Below are positions 1-9,647 of a stretch of DNA of 64,000 nucleotides, in pieces. The notes beneath the pieces were generated by a model. The model searched no databases, was not told the origin of the DNA, and saw nothing but the letters and a program-made list of their open reading frames with translations. Numbering within the stretch: the stretch's first letter is position 1; each line of letters opens with the position of its first letter. The stretch is taken from contig CAMEUH010000001.1 of the NCBI GenBank assembly GCA_945938055.1, forward strand, positions 1,807-65,806. Reading direction: 5' to 3'. The translations under genes were made by a program, and so were the position numbers. The DNA is from an uncultured Eubacteriaceae bacterium (lineage in GTDB: Bacteria; Bacillota; Clostridia; Lachnospirales; Lachnospiraceae).

Positions 1-283
1 GAAAGCCGGCCTTATAATCTTCCTTAAAGCACTCCACTACCATACTGGTAAATGCCATTGGAATAAAAAGTACTGTCCAGATTGCAATCTCAAAAAACGA
101 ATAAATTGTCTCTTTGCCGATATCATCCTCTATCATCATGGTTTCAATCCCCTGAGCTACATTTCCGAATCGTGCACTAAGAATAAACATTACCGAAAGT
201 ACAATAATGCCTGTTGTTACTGCGCCAAACATCATTAAATTTTTCTTAAGACAATACATGTCTTTCTGAATTAAACCCAACAT
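1..283 (-). CDS. ABC-2-type transporter permease, N-terminal part (gene runs off the window)
   Basis: Open minus-strand frame from ATG at 283 (MLGLIQKDMYCLKKN...). GGAGG-like RBS at 291-298, hydrophobic segments, and it starts 19 nt after the ATPase stop. Missing from the ORF track because it is truncated. Confidence 0.5.
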   Translation of the reverse strand, partial: MLGLIQKDMYCLKKNLMMFGAVTTGIIVLSVMFILSARFGNVAQGIETMMIEDDIGKETIYSFFEIAIWTVLFIPMAFTSMVVECFKEDYKAGF

Positions 284-301
284 ATGCTGTTCCTCCCGGT
301 A

Positions 302-1177
302 TCATCTGATTTCTGATGTCTTTCTGGAATACTCTGCATAGAAAATCATGATATCTTCCAATGTGGCAGACTCCATGTGAAGATTCGGATAGCGTAATGC
401 GCACTCTTTTCTGTCCTTTACCAGAACCTCTGAACAAAATTCTGACTGTCGGCAGGAAACCACATCCTCGGAGCAAAGCTGTGATAACTCTTCTTTTTTG
501 CATTTAATGAGTCCGTGCTTTTCCAGAATTTCATTTTTATCTCCACACAACATGATATGTCCCCGATCAATGAAAACAATCATGTCCGCAATCCGTTCCA
601 AATCCGTGGTAATATGGGAAGACAGCAGAATCGTATGATTCTCTTCCATGACAAATTCCTGGAAAATTGTGAGAATTTCATTTCTCACAATTGGGTCAAG
701 GCCGCTGGTTGGTTCATCCATGACAAGAAGCTCTGCCTCATGAGAAAGTGCAACTGCTATCTGAAGCTTCATGCGCATGCCTCGTGAGAAGGAACCACAT
801 TTTTTCCCTGCCGGAAGCCCAAACTCTTTCAAATATCCAAAGAACTTTTTCTCCTGCCAGTTGGAATAGATATTTTTCATGACACTATTAATCTGACCCG
901 GAGTAAGAAATTCATGAAAGCACATTTCATCGAATACAACCCCTATTTTCTCCTTAAGTTTTGCCCCATCTGCTGCCATATCCTGCCCCAAAACCTTAAT
1001 CTCCCCTGCATCCTTTTTGATGATATCCAGGATAAGCTGGATGGTAGTCGTCTTTCCTGCACCATTCTGCCCGATAAATCCACAGATGCATCCCGTTGGG
1101 ATTTCAAAGCTCACTTGATCCAGTTTAAAATCCTCATATTGCTTTGTAACACCCTTTAGTTCCAATACATTACTCAT
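302..1177 (-). CDS. ABC transporter ATP-binding protein
   Basis: Walker A GQNGAGKTT, signature-like FSRGMRMKL, Walker B LLVMDEPTSGLD. Start moved to ATG 1177 (MSNVLELKG) behind an AGGAAG RBS; it overlaps the GntR stop. Confidence 0.9.
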   Translation of the reverse strand: MSNVLELKGVTKQYEDFKLDQVSFEIPTGCICGFIGQNGAGKTTTIQLILDIIKKDAGEIKVLGQDMAADGAKLKEKIGVVFDEMCFHEFLTPGQINSVMKNIYSNWQEKKFFGYLKEFGLPAGKKCGSFSRGMRMKLQIAVALSHEAELLVMDEPTSGLDPIVRNEILTIFQEFVMEENHTILLSSHITTDLERIADMIVFIDRGHIMLCGDKNEILEKHGLIKCKKEELSQLCSEDVVSCRQSEFCSEVLVKDRKECALRYPNLHMESATLEDIMIFYAEYSRKTSEIR

Positions 1178-1559
1178 TATGTTTCTTCCTTTCTTCACAT
1201 AGCAATCCGAAAATCTCTAATAATTCTTCATTCGTCACCCCGGCAAGCTCCGCCTTATCAAGCATCTGGTCAAATAATCCTCCCACCTCATAAATTATTT
1301 GTTCACGCTCTGCTTCCGGATTAATGCCTTTTACAAAGCTTCCCTTTCCCGTAAAGGATTCAATATATCCATCCCGTTCCAGCTCTTCATAAGCCCGTTT
1401 GGTAGTGATAATGCTGATTCTCAGTTCCTTTGCCAGAAGACGCATGGACGGAAGAAACTCACCTTCCTTTAGTTCACCGTTAAGAATCATGTTTTTAATC
1501 TGTTCCCGGATTTGTTCATAAATAGGGGTTTCTGAATTATTAGTAATGATAATGTTCAC
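1170..1559 (-). CDS. GntR-family transcriptional regulator, short YtrA-like type
   Basis: Winged-helix motif PSMRLLAKELRISIITTKRAYEELERDGYI. Only 129 aa, first gene of the GntR-ABC operon. Confidence 0.85.
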   Translation of the reverse strand: MNIIITNNSETPIYEQIREQIKNMILNGELKEGEFLPSMRLLAKELRISIITTKRAYEELERDGYIESFTGKGSFVKGINPEAEREQIIYEVGGLFDQMLDKAELAGVTNEELLEIFGLLCEERKKHNE

Positions 1560-1728
1560 GTTATACTCCTTTTTATTGATTCATTACAAGAACTCATTTC
1601 ATATTTGCAAAACTAATCAAAAATATTGTATATATCCATTATATACATTCTTTTTTCTTTGTCAATCCACAAAAATGATGGAAACCTTATTTTCCAATGG
1701 AATATACTAAAAAGAAAAGGACTTTTTA

Positions 1729-2220
1729 ATGAATTCTCAAAATATTTTTACTTCCATTCTAATGAACAATTTCCCCATGGCCATCGCACTGATACAAGGC
1801 AATTCCGGTTATCCTGATTTGCATGGCAAGGTTTTCTTCTACAACACCCCCTTTGGCGGTGCACTTGTATATGTGGAAGTGAATGGACTTCCTGATAAAA
1901 ATCCCTCTTCCAGTTTCTACGGTCTTCATATTCATGAATTTGGAAATTGCACCTTGCCTTTTGACAAAACAGGAAACCACTACAATCCGGGCAACACCCA
2001 GCATCCATGGCACGCAGGTGATCTGCCTCCATTGCTGGGTAATAACGGATACGCATGGATGTGTGTTTATACCGGTCAGTTCTCCATTCCGGAAATCCTT
2101 GGAAAGTCTGTAGTCATTCACGGAATGCGGGATGATTTTACCAGCCAGCCCTCCGGAGATTCCGGAGCCAAAATCGGATGCGGCGTGATTCGTCCCGCAA
2201 AAGAATACTCTTCTCCCTGA
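1729..2220 (+). CDS. sodC: Cu/Zn superoxide dismutase family protein
   Basis: Metal-ligand pattern GLHIHEFGNC, NHYNPGNTQHPWHAGDLP and VVIHGMRDD. The true start may be an internal Met. Confidence 0.8.
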   Translation: MNSQNIFTSILMNNFPMAIALIQGNSGYPDLHGKVFFYNTPFGGALVYVEVNGLPDKNPSSSFYGLHIHEFGNCTLPFDKTGNHYNPGNTQHPWHAGDLPPLLGNNGYAWMCVYTGQFSIPEILGKSVVIHGMRDDFTSQPSGDSGAKIGCGVIRPAKEYSSP

Positions 2221-2328
2221 AAGCGGTACGCCAAAGTTTTTCCAATAAAAAAAGGGAGCCATGGTCACATAAGCATCTTCTCATAAAAGACACCTATTGT
2301 AATGGCTCCCTATCCTTACTTTTACATA

Positions 2329-4446
2329 TTAATCCTTGTCATTCTGCATTTTCTTATCAATAAGATTATATATCAGGCTAATGACAAAACATAATATGCC
2401 TGATACAAAAAAGCTTAATGCATTTCCCAGGGTATTCGTGTAATTAATATCCACCATGATTAATTTAAAAATACTAACCATGGAAAGAATCAGTCCAAAA
2501 ACTCTAAGTGACCGATACTGCCCCATAAATCCAATTATAATGCTCAATATCGCCAGCACAAAACATGCAATGCTAATCACATAATTAACGGAATGAAATG
2601 ATTCCAGAATCACAATCATCAAAATTGTAAATTTTAATCCAACATAGATTCCACTAAACCTATTATCATATCGATCCAGCAGATTCTTTGCATTTACCAT
2701 AAACGCAAGCAACGTGGTAATGATGATTACCAGATGAAGTATTCCTTCATATCCGTAATTGATCCTTATGATTCCTCCTATCATCACAAGCATGTTGATG
2801 ATATTATATACCGTTCCTTTCTCCTGTTCTCCAGTTATCGGATCCCTTCCAAAACAACTTTTCATCATTACAATATTAAATAATGCTGCGACAACAAAGG
2901 ATACAACTTCTGGCAATTCAGAATTTCTTGCCAGTTCAAGTACTGCGCCAACCATACTATAACTTAGAAAAATAAATGTTACGATATGTACCACATTTTT
3001 AAACCGAACACTATACTGATTCTTATTTTTATAAATCAGCCAGAATGCGCTTACTGCTACCAGCAATCCAAGGAATAGTCTTTCCGTCTCATTGATGTAA
3101 TCCTTAAATGCATAGTTAAAAAACAAAATCATGCTGCTATATTTCCATACAACATTGTTTCTATAAAATCCAAGAAACAGCCATGGCAGAATCATTAATG
3201 GCACAACGCCATGCTCACTCAGCACCGGATCTACTCCCAGACCACATCCGGCAAAAATAACCATTGCCGCAATGGCGATATTTTTTCCATGGCTTTCTTT
3301 TGCCTTTTTCCTTTCAACCGCAATCATCAATCCCATGCATATGAGGTAAGTAATGATTGCAAAAACGAAATCATTATCCCCTGTAACCAATCCCAGTACC
3401 TGAATTAGCATAAGCACATAGATGCTTAAAATGATTCCAAAAGCTACTCCGCTCTTTTCAATCCTTCCATACATCACCATACCAACATGGAATGCAATAA
3501 ACAGTAATATCATGATTGTCGCCACGTAAATTCCCTTGCCAAGAATTTCCTCACAGCCGGCAAATAGAATCACAAAATTGACTGCATTAAAAACATGGTG
3601 TATCAGATTATTCGAAAATTCCCTGTCATAGTGAACGAAATAAAAGACGCCGGATGAAATCATATAGAAAATAATTAATGCCATAAATTTTGCCGCATCG
3701 TTATTCTCTATGCAAAGTATGCACCCGAAAATCATCGCAATATCAATTCCCAGCTGTCCGATTACCTGGAAAATTTTATTCTTCAGCTTAGAAAGAAAAC
3801 AAACCCCAATTGCCCAGATACAAATCAATAGATACAAGGTAATATCACCAAATGCCTTAAAGTACATATTGCTAAGAAGTAAAGAAATATACACCGCTCC
3901 CACTCCGCATCCGGTGAGTGCAATATAGAATTTGTTATCTTTATCCTTCTTCAATTTGAAAAGTCCCACTCCCAAAAAAGCAAAACTTAACAGATAGGTG
4001 GTTATCATCTTTGCCGTGTCATTGAAATACGGAAGCAGTAATGTTGCAAATAAAATCAAACTTATAAATATCAGTACGGATGCAAAAATTCCCATTAAAG
4101 ATTTGCCAATGGTTTTTTCTAAATCTTTTCGTGCATACGGCATGTCGAAATCCGGCTGTGCCTCTGTTTCTTGTTCCTTTGGCTGTACTGATTGTTCCCG
4201 TTGTATACTTTCCAATGCTTTCTGCTGAATTTCAACCGGTTCTGATGCTTTTCTTTCTTCCATCTCGTTCTTTAACAGACACAGCTGACTCTCCATGTAT
4301 TCGATTTCCTGTTTGAAATGCCGGATTTTACCTTCCATCACTTCCGTGTCATCCGCCTCACATTCATCCATCAGATGCCAAAGCTGCATTCTGTCCTGTA
4401 AAAGTCTTTTTTCATAATTCATTATTTTCGTCATTCGTTCATTCAA
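2329..4446 (-). CDS. Large polytopic membrane protein with N-terminal coiled coil (DUF2339-like, tentative)
   Basis: 705-aa ORF. First ~110 aa are charged and coiled-coil-like, followed by more than 15 hydrophobic helices. Confidence 0.6.
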   Translation of the reverse strand: MNERMTKIMNYEKRLLQDRMQLWHLMDECEADDTEVMEGKIRHFKQEIEYMESQLCLLKNEMEERKASEPVEIQQKALESIQREQSVQPKEQETEAQPDFDMPYARKDLEKTIGKSLMGIFASVLIFISLILFATLLLPYFNDTAKMITTYLLSFAFLGVGLFKLKKDKDNKFYIALTGCGVGAVYISLLLSNMYFKAFGDITLYLLICIWAIGVCFLSKLKNKIFQVIGQLGIDIAMIFGCILCIENNDAAKFMALIIFYMISSGVFYFVHYDREFSNNLIHHVFNAVNFVILFAGCEEILGKGIYVATIMILLFIAFHVGMVMYGRIEKSGVAFGIILSIYVLMLIQVLGLVTGDNDFVFAIITYLICMGLMIAVERKKAKESHGKNIAIAAMVIFAGCGLGVDPVLSEHGVVPLMILPWLFLGFYRNNVVWKYSSMILFFNYAFKDYINETERLFLGLLVAVSAFWLIYKNKNQYSVRFKNVVHIVTFIFLSYSMVGAVLELARNSELPEVVSFVVAALFNIVMMKSCFGRDPITGEQEKGTVYNIINMLVMIGGIIRINYGYEGILHLVIIITTLLAFMVNAKNLLDRYDNRFSGIYVGLKFTILMIVILESFHSVNYVISIACFVLAILSIIIGFMGQYRSLRVFGLILSMVSIFKLIMVDINYTNTLGNALSFFVSGILCFVISLIYNLIDKKMQNDKD

Positions 4447-4461
4447 ACTATATCACCTCGC

Positions 4462-5277
4462 TTAAGTTTCTATAAATAAATATTGATATTTTCTCATTTG
4501 TTCATGTAAAATCGTCTCCACCCTTATCTTTTCCTTATCCGGGTAAATTGCAGTATTCTCTAACAATTTTCTGATATCCCCCTTGGTAAAATAGAATTTC
4601 AGATTCTTTCCATACAATTCTTCTGAAATTTCAAGTTGTTCCTCAAAATCATTACAAATCGTTTTTGCCCGGACGTTCTCCATAAGTTTATATACATTTG
4701 CATCCAATGGATAATCCATTGTGGTGTCAGCCAAAAGAGCCGCCCCATTATCAAATATGGGACAATATGCAAACTTTCCATCCTCATTCATTAATACCGC
4801 AATATTATGTGTATGCCTGTCTTCATTTAAAAATACAGCATCAATGGTGAACAATTTATTGATGTATCTACCAAACTCCTTAAGACCGGTTATCCGTTCT
4901 ACCTGATTAACCAGAAAAATCAGTCTTTCCTTATGCCCGGCAATACGCAATATGGATTGATAAAGACTCTCTCCAAAAAAATTCTTAAACAGCCTTTCCA
5001 ACGTAATAATCTGCCAGTCTTCACTTAAAAAATTCTTACTCTTCACTCCGGTATATGTGGTTGATTTATATTTCATTTCTTCTAAGTCGTAAAGCACAAA
5101 TTCTTCTCTGGCAAGTGTTGATTTTTCAAGCAGATGTGATACGACATATTCCGCAAGGCCTTCATAGCCGGTATAATCCGCCTTATACCAGATATTTTCA
5201 TTTTCCCATTTCAGCTGATTTCCCTTAGAAGACTGTCTGTCATTTGTCCGGATATTCTGTTCAAATAACTCTATCAT
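4462..5277 (-). CDS. HipA-like Ser/Thr kinase core (toxin candidate), lacking the HipA N-terminal subdomain
   Basis: Catalytic-loop motif NEDRHTHNIAVL and Mg-binding IFDNGAAL. N-terminus SKGNQLKW...WYKAD. Only 271 aa. Starts 4 nt after the upstream HTH gene. Confidence 0.7.
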   Translation of the reverse strand: MIELFEQNIRTNDRQSSKGNQLKWENENIWYKADYTGYEGLAEYVVSHLLEKSTLAREEFVLYDLEEMKYKSTTYTGVKSKNFLSEDWQIITLERLFKNFFGESLYQSILRIAGHKERLIFLVNQVERITGLKEFGRYINKLFTIDAVFLNEDRHTHNIAVLMNEDGKFAYCPIFDNGAALLADTTMDYPLDANVYKLMENVRAKTICNDFEEQLEISEELYGKNLKFYFTKGDIRKLLENTAIYPDKEKIRVETILHEQMRKYQYLFIET

Positions 5278-5281
5278 CCAT

Positions 5282-5830
5282 CTACCTCTCTATCTTAATC
5301 CAAAAATCATCTTCAGCCATTCTTCCTTCTGTCTTTTCGATAATCATGAACGGGTCGTAGAATGGCAGGTCCAAATCCTTCAGTACAAGTTTCATTTTAT
5401 CCCGGCTTTTGGGGAAACACCTGGATTCCAAAAAAGCTGTATACATTTTATAATCCGGTTCTTCCTCTTTGCCAAATGCCCGGAACATGACATTATCCGT
5501 ATAATTTCTTATCTGTACATGCCTATGGACTTCATCCACATCAATCAGGGTACACAATGACTGCTTATGCATATACCAGAGCCTGATTGGATAAATTTTC
5601 TCCGGAACCCGGATTGTCTCAACATATTCCGGATACTTTTCAAGCATCTTTAACAGTAAAACCATCGGTCCAATAATGGGTTCATCACTTCGCTCCCATC
5701 TTTCAACAGTTGATTTTGATGCATTAATTAACATGGCAAAATCCTTCTGTGTAAGTCCAAGCTGCTTTCTCACCTGTTTAATTTCTTTTGCCGTTGTATA
5801 TCCCGGTGTCATAAATACATTATTATTCAT
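5282..5830 (-). CDS. XRE-family HTH protein with a C-terminal region resembling the HipA N-subdomain (antitoxin candidate)
   Basis: HTH LGLTQKDFAMLINASKSTVERWER. C-terminal FLESRCFPKSRDK...YDPFMIIEKTEGRMAEDDFWIK resembles the LLPEG..R / G.D..G pattern of the HipA N-terminus. ATG 5830 chosen behind an AGGAG RBS. Confidence 0.7.
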   Translation of the reverse strand: MNNNVFMTPGYTTAKEIKQVRKQLGLTQKDFAMLINASKSTVERWERSDEPIIGPMVLLLKMLEKYPEYVETIRVPEKIYPIRLWYMHKQSLCTLIDVDEVHRHVQIRNYTDNVMFRAFGKEEEPDYKMYTAFLESRCFPKSRDKMKLVLKDLDLPFYDPFMIIEKTEGRMAEDDFWIKIER

Positions 5831-5854
5831 AAGCAAACATCTCCTGCCATTATT

Positions 5855-5907
5855 AAACCATTAAAATGATGGTTTGTAAAGAGTTAAAACATTTAAAATG
5901 ATGGTTT
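5855..5907 (-). promoter_or_regulatory. Two inverted repeats, candidate operator of the HipA-like operon
   Basis: AAACCAT-N7-ATGGTTT at 5855-5875 and AAAACAT-N7-ATGGTTT ending at 5907, centres 32 bp apart, 25-77 bp upstream of the HTH gene start. Confidence 0.4.
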
Positions 5908-5967
5908 ATAATTTATAACTTTATTTAAAATTTATACTCTTTTTAATAATCATTCCCTTTTTACGCT

Positions 5968-6005
5968 AAAAATAAAACCCCCAGAAGCACATTGACTTCT
6001 GAGGG
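5968..6005 (-). terminator. Rho-independent terminator after the SDR gene
   Basis: Minus strand reads CCCTCAGAAG-loop-CTTCTGGGGG followed by TTTTATTTTT. Confidence 0.7.
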
Positions 6006-6026
6006 TAATACTCTACTTATTTCTAC

Positions 6027-6830
6027 TTACCAGGTACGCGAATTCAATTCTCTAAACTGTGCAACCGTAGATACATGGGAATTCAGACCGCCATCTACGT
6101 TGATTATCTGTCCGCTCACATAGCTGCTTTCATCAGAGGCCAGATATACACACATGTGTCCGATATCCTCCGGACAGCCATAGCGGTTCACCATGATATT
6201 GCTTAAAAAAATATCCTTTAACGCCTGTGGTACATGTGCTTCATTCTGCGGTGTGACAATAAGGCCCGGACGAACACAGTTACAACGGATATTCTGCTTT
6301 CCATACTGCAGAGCAGTAGACTGTGTCAGCATATCAACTCCCGCCTTTGCACAGGCATATGCCGTGGAACCAAGATCGCCGCCACAGGAAGCCATAGAAC
6401 CAATATTGATAATAGAACCGCCGTTCTCGTTTTTCTGCATGAAAGGAAGTACGCACTTGGTAGCATAGAATGTACCACGTACATCGCTCTGGAAAACATG
6501 ATCCCACATTTCCAGGGTTAATTCATCCACACGGCCATCCTTTAAGCCCACATTGGCCGCATTATTTACCAAAATATCAATCTTTCCGTATTTTTCAGCC
6601 GTATCAGTCATAAGGCTTTCAATACTTTCTGTTGCCGTAATATCCATAAAATGATAAGATGCTTCCCCACCATCTTTTATAATCTCATCTGCTACTGCCT
6701 TGCCTTTTTCTTCTCTTCGTCCACAAATAACAACCTTTGCACCCTCTGCTGCAAATAATTTTGCAATTCCGACACCAATTCCGCTGGTGGAACCGGTAAC
6801 AATGGCAACCTTATCCTTTAATCTGTCCAT
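6027..6830 (-). CDS. SDR-family NAD(P)-dependent oxidoreductase
   Basis: TGSTSGIGVGIA cofactor motif, NNAA, and catalytic YACAKAG (YxxxK). Confidence 0.9.
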   Translation of the reverse strand: MDRLKDKVAIVTGSTSGIGVGIAKLFAAEGAKVVICGRREEKGKAVADEIIKDGGEASYHFMDITATESIESLMTDTAEKYGKIDILVNNAANVGLKDGRVDELTLEMWDHVFQSDVRGTFYATKCVLPFMQKNENGGSIINIGSMASCGGDLGSTAYACAKAGVDMLTQSTALQYGKQNIRCNCVRPGLIVTPQNEAHVPQALKDIFLSNIMVNRYGCPEDIGHMCVYLASDESSYVSGQIINVDGGLNSHVSTVAQFRELNSRTW

Positions 6831-7023
6831 AAAATACCCTCCTTGACTTCATTTCGCACCATATTCCCAAAATACCGATGCAAATGTTTTCATACTCTAA
6901 CTATATAACATTGTCAAAAAAAAATCAATACAGTAAATGAACTGCTGACAAATGATATCCTACTTACTCTGTCAGTCGGATGCCTTCCATTTTTCTCCTT
7001 ATAGTTATTTACAAATACCTTTT

Positions 7024-7989
7024 TCAATATGATTGCCTCTCAAATAATTTATCAATTTGTTCATAATTCCTTGAGAAGATAGTCTGTTGTTCTGCATCTG
7101 TAAATATAGAATCTGTCATTTCCAGAAATTCCTCATATCCAATCTCAAAGTCAGTAATAAAATTTACAATATTAAATTGTGATAATGAACGCTCCGGCGA
7201 TACATTTTCATTCGCAAATAAGCTCACATATTTTTCATACTCTTCATCTGATACAATTCTATGAATTGAATCTGGTATGCCATACAATTCGAGATTATCT
7301 ATGTATTTTATAATTGACTCATAGTTTTCTAAATCAATATTAAAATTTTGCTGTTTCATCTGATATGCAACCTGCAAAGCCGGAGCAATCAAAAATTCAT
7401 CATCCCACTTTGACAAATATTCTAATAACATAGATTCTGTAATTCCGGCTTCAATATAATCTGACCATGTATGTGTCGCAAACCATTCCGGTGAATATAT
7501 TTTTTTATTAATCAAAACTGCATACGGATTGACAAATGCTTCATCAATTTTATCTTGTTCATTTGAGAAAAATGCATCTATTTGTTCCTCAGAATATGTT
7601 ATTCCTAATACCTTCTCAACAGTCTCCCTGTCTAAATGAAAGAATTCAATAAAATCAGCCTGTAAACAAATATCCCAACTTTTATTTTCCTCAGAAAAAC
7701 TATCAATCCATTTTTGATATTCTTCTTCGGAAACCAAATTGCACAATGCGGTATCCATTCCATAGTATATTAATTCATAATTTCCGCCAAAATCACTCAA
7801 ATTAGCTCCACCAATATTCTCTTCATAATTGAAAATCGAATAAGCTTCTTCAACTTTAGCAACCTCCGGCATCTCAGGTATATTTGTGGAATGCTCAGTT
7901 TCCATATATCCTGTGGATGCAACACTCTTATCTACACATCCTGATAATATCAGCGCACAACTTATAATGATAACAACCTTTTTCATCAT
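7024..7989 (-). CDS. Lipoprotein of unknown function with internal duplication
   Basis: Signal peptide plus lipobox ALILSGC. Two related halves: SEEEYQKWIDSFSEEN... and SDEEYEKYVSLFANEN... Confidence 0.7.
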   Translation of the reverse strand: MMKKVVIIISCALILSGCVDKSVASTGYMETEHSTNIPEMPEVAKVEEAYSIFNYEENIGGANLSDFGGNYELIYYGMDTALCNLVSEEEYQKWIDSFSEENKSWDICLQADFIEFFHLDRETVEKVLGITYSEEQIDAFFSNEQDKIDEAFVNPYAVLINKKIYSPEWFATHTWSDYIEAGITESMLLEYLSKWDDEFLIAPALQVAYQMKQQNFNIDLENYESIIKYIDNLELYGIPDSIHRIVSDEEYEKYVSLFANENVSPERSLSQFNIVNFITDFEIGYEEFLEMTDSIFTDAEQQTIFSRNYEQIDKLFERQSY

Positions 7990-8065
7990 AACTTTCTCCT
8001 TTTATAGATATCTTAACACACAATATATACCTATCCAAGTCCTTTCCGAAATTCCCTCCAAAATG

Positions 8066-8093
8066 ACACATCTTCCTTTCCCCGCATATAATA
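8066..8093 (+). promoter_or_regulatory. Possible sigma-K-type sporulation promoter for dpaAB
   Basis: AC, then 17 nt, then CATATAATA fits AC-N16-17-CATAnnnTA, 35 nt upstream of dpaA. Weak, pattern only. Confidence 0.3.
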
Positions 8094-8127
8094 AACAGAA
8101 ATTGCATTTCAAGGCAGGAATATCATC

Positions 8128-9015
8128 ATGAACAATTTCCAATATGATTATGCCGTCATAGGAGGCGATTTGCGGCAGGTGCATCTGGCAGAAGAACTAA
8201 GCCGTCATCAGAACCGTATTATTTACCACGCCCTAATGAGGACTCCTGAAAAATGTTCTGATTCCTCAATACTTACCAAAGCCTCTTGCCCGAAAGAAGC
8301 TGTCCGTTCATCACGCAATATCATCTGTCCGATTCCTCTCAGTAAGGACGGTACTCATCTTAATCAGAATTGTCCGGAACCTAAGCTATTGCTTAACTCC
8401 CTGCTTAATATACTAAAATCAGGACAGACATTTTATGCAGGCTGCATTCCTGATACCTTTCTAAAGCCCGCAAAAGAAAAAGGAATTCTTGTCCATGACC
8501 TGATGAAAAACAACGCCCTTGCCATATACAATACCATTGCAACCGCTGAGGGAGCAATCTGCGAGGCCATCCAGAAAAGTCCTCAAAATCTTCATCAAAG
8601 CCACTGTGCCGTGCTTGGCTATGGAAGATGCGGACGCACACTTACCAATTATTTGAAGGGAATGTTCTGTCACATATATGTCTGTTCCAACCAAAATGAC
8701 GAATGCTCCATTGCCCAAACCATTGCCGAACGTACCGGTTCGCTTTGCGATTTTGCAGATTGTGCCGGAGAATTTGATTTCATCTTTAACACCATTCCCG
8801 CAAAAGTACTTACTCCCGAAATACTAAAGAAAACAAAACTCTCCGTTACCATTATTGACATTGCCTCCGCACCCGGTGGCGTAGATTACGAAGAAGCACG
8901 GCGTTTAAACCGGAATGCCTTCCTATGCCTTGGGCTTCCGGGAAAATATTCACCTTACTCTTGCGCCAAAGCAATTATGAAAATAATTAAACAAAATCAA
9001 AATGAAATATCTTGA
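8128..9015 (+). CDS. dpaA: Dipicolinate synthase subunit A
   Basis: N-terminal YAVIGGDLRQ and second dinucleotide fold VLGYGRCGRT. Sits immediately upstream of dpaB. Confidence 0.8.
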   Translation: MNNFQYDYAVIGGDLRQVHLAEELSRHQNRIIYHALMRTPEKCSDSSILTKASCPKEAVRSSRNIICPIPLSKDGTHLNQNCPEPKLLLNSLLNILKSGQTFYAGCIPDTFLKPAKEKGILVHDLMKNNALAIYNTIATAEGAICEAIQKSPQNLHQSHCAVLGYGRCGRTLTNYLKGMFCHIYVCSNQNDECSIAQTIAERTGSLCDFADCAGEFDFIFNTIPAKVLTPEILKKTKLSVTIIDIASAPGGVDYEEARRLNRNAFLCLGLPGKYSPYSCAKAIMKIIKQNQNEIS

Positions 9016-9022
9016 GGAGTGA

Positions 9023-9607
9023 TTGAAAATGTCTTTAAAAGGAAAACACGTTGGAATCGCCTTTACCGGTTCCTTTTGTACCTTTGACAAAGCCTTTAGT
9101 GAATTACAGACGCTTGCCAATGAAGGTGCCCTCGTCCAAACCATTTTTTCGGATGCTGCCGCAACAATCGACAGTCGTTTTGGCAGTGCAGAATCCTTCC
9201 TTCAAACAGCGGAAAAAATCACAGGAATCAGACCAATGTTAACCATACCGGAAGCCGAACCCATTGGGCCAAAGAGCCTGCTCGACATCCTGGTTCTCTT
9301 TCCCTGTACCGGAAATACCATGGCAAAGCTTGCCAACGGTATTACAGACAGTCCTGTCTTAATGGCAGCAAAAGCCCATCTTCGCAATAATAAGCCTCTT
9401 CTAATTTCGATTTCTACCAATGACGCTTTGGGAATGAACATGAAAAATATCGGACTTTTGATGAATAGTAAAAATATTTACTTTATCCCATTTGGTCAGG
9501 ATAATCCTCAGAAGAAACCAAATTCCATGATAGCGCACACAGAGCTTCTGATTCCTTCCATTGAAGCAGCCCTGGAAGGAAGGCAATACCAGCCGGTAAT
9601 ACAGTAA
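9023..9607 (+). CDS. dpaB: Dipicolinate synthase subunit B (flavoprotein)
   Basis: GKHVGIAFTGSFCTF flavoprotein N-terminus, PCTGNTMAKLANGITD, 194 aa. Confidence 0.85.
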   Translation: MKMSLKGKHVGIAFTGSFCTFDKAFSELQTLANEGALVQTIFSDAAATIDSRFGSAESFLQTAEKITGIRPMLTIPEAEPIGPKSLLDILVLFPCTGNTMAKLANGITDSPVLMAAKAHLRNNKPLLISISTNDALGMNMKNIGLLMNSKNIYFIPFGQDNPQKKPNSMIAHTELLIPSIEAALEGRQYQPVIQ

Positions 9608-9647
9608 GCTGCAAGAGAACCACATCACATGAAAAGGAGAATAGAAA

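Noticed and set aside
1748-2268. 102-aa and 169-aa minus-strand ORFs overlapping sodC
   Set aside because: They lie antisense to a gene with a complete Cu/Zn-SOD ligand pattern and have no independent support.
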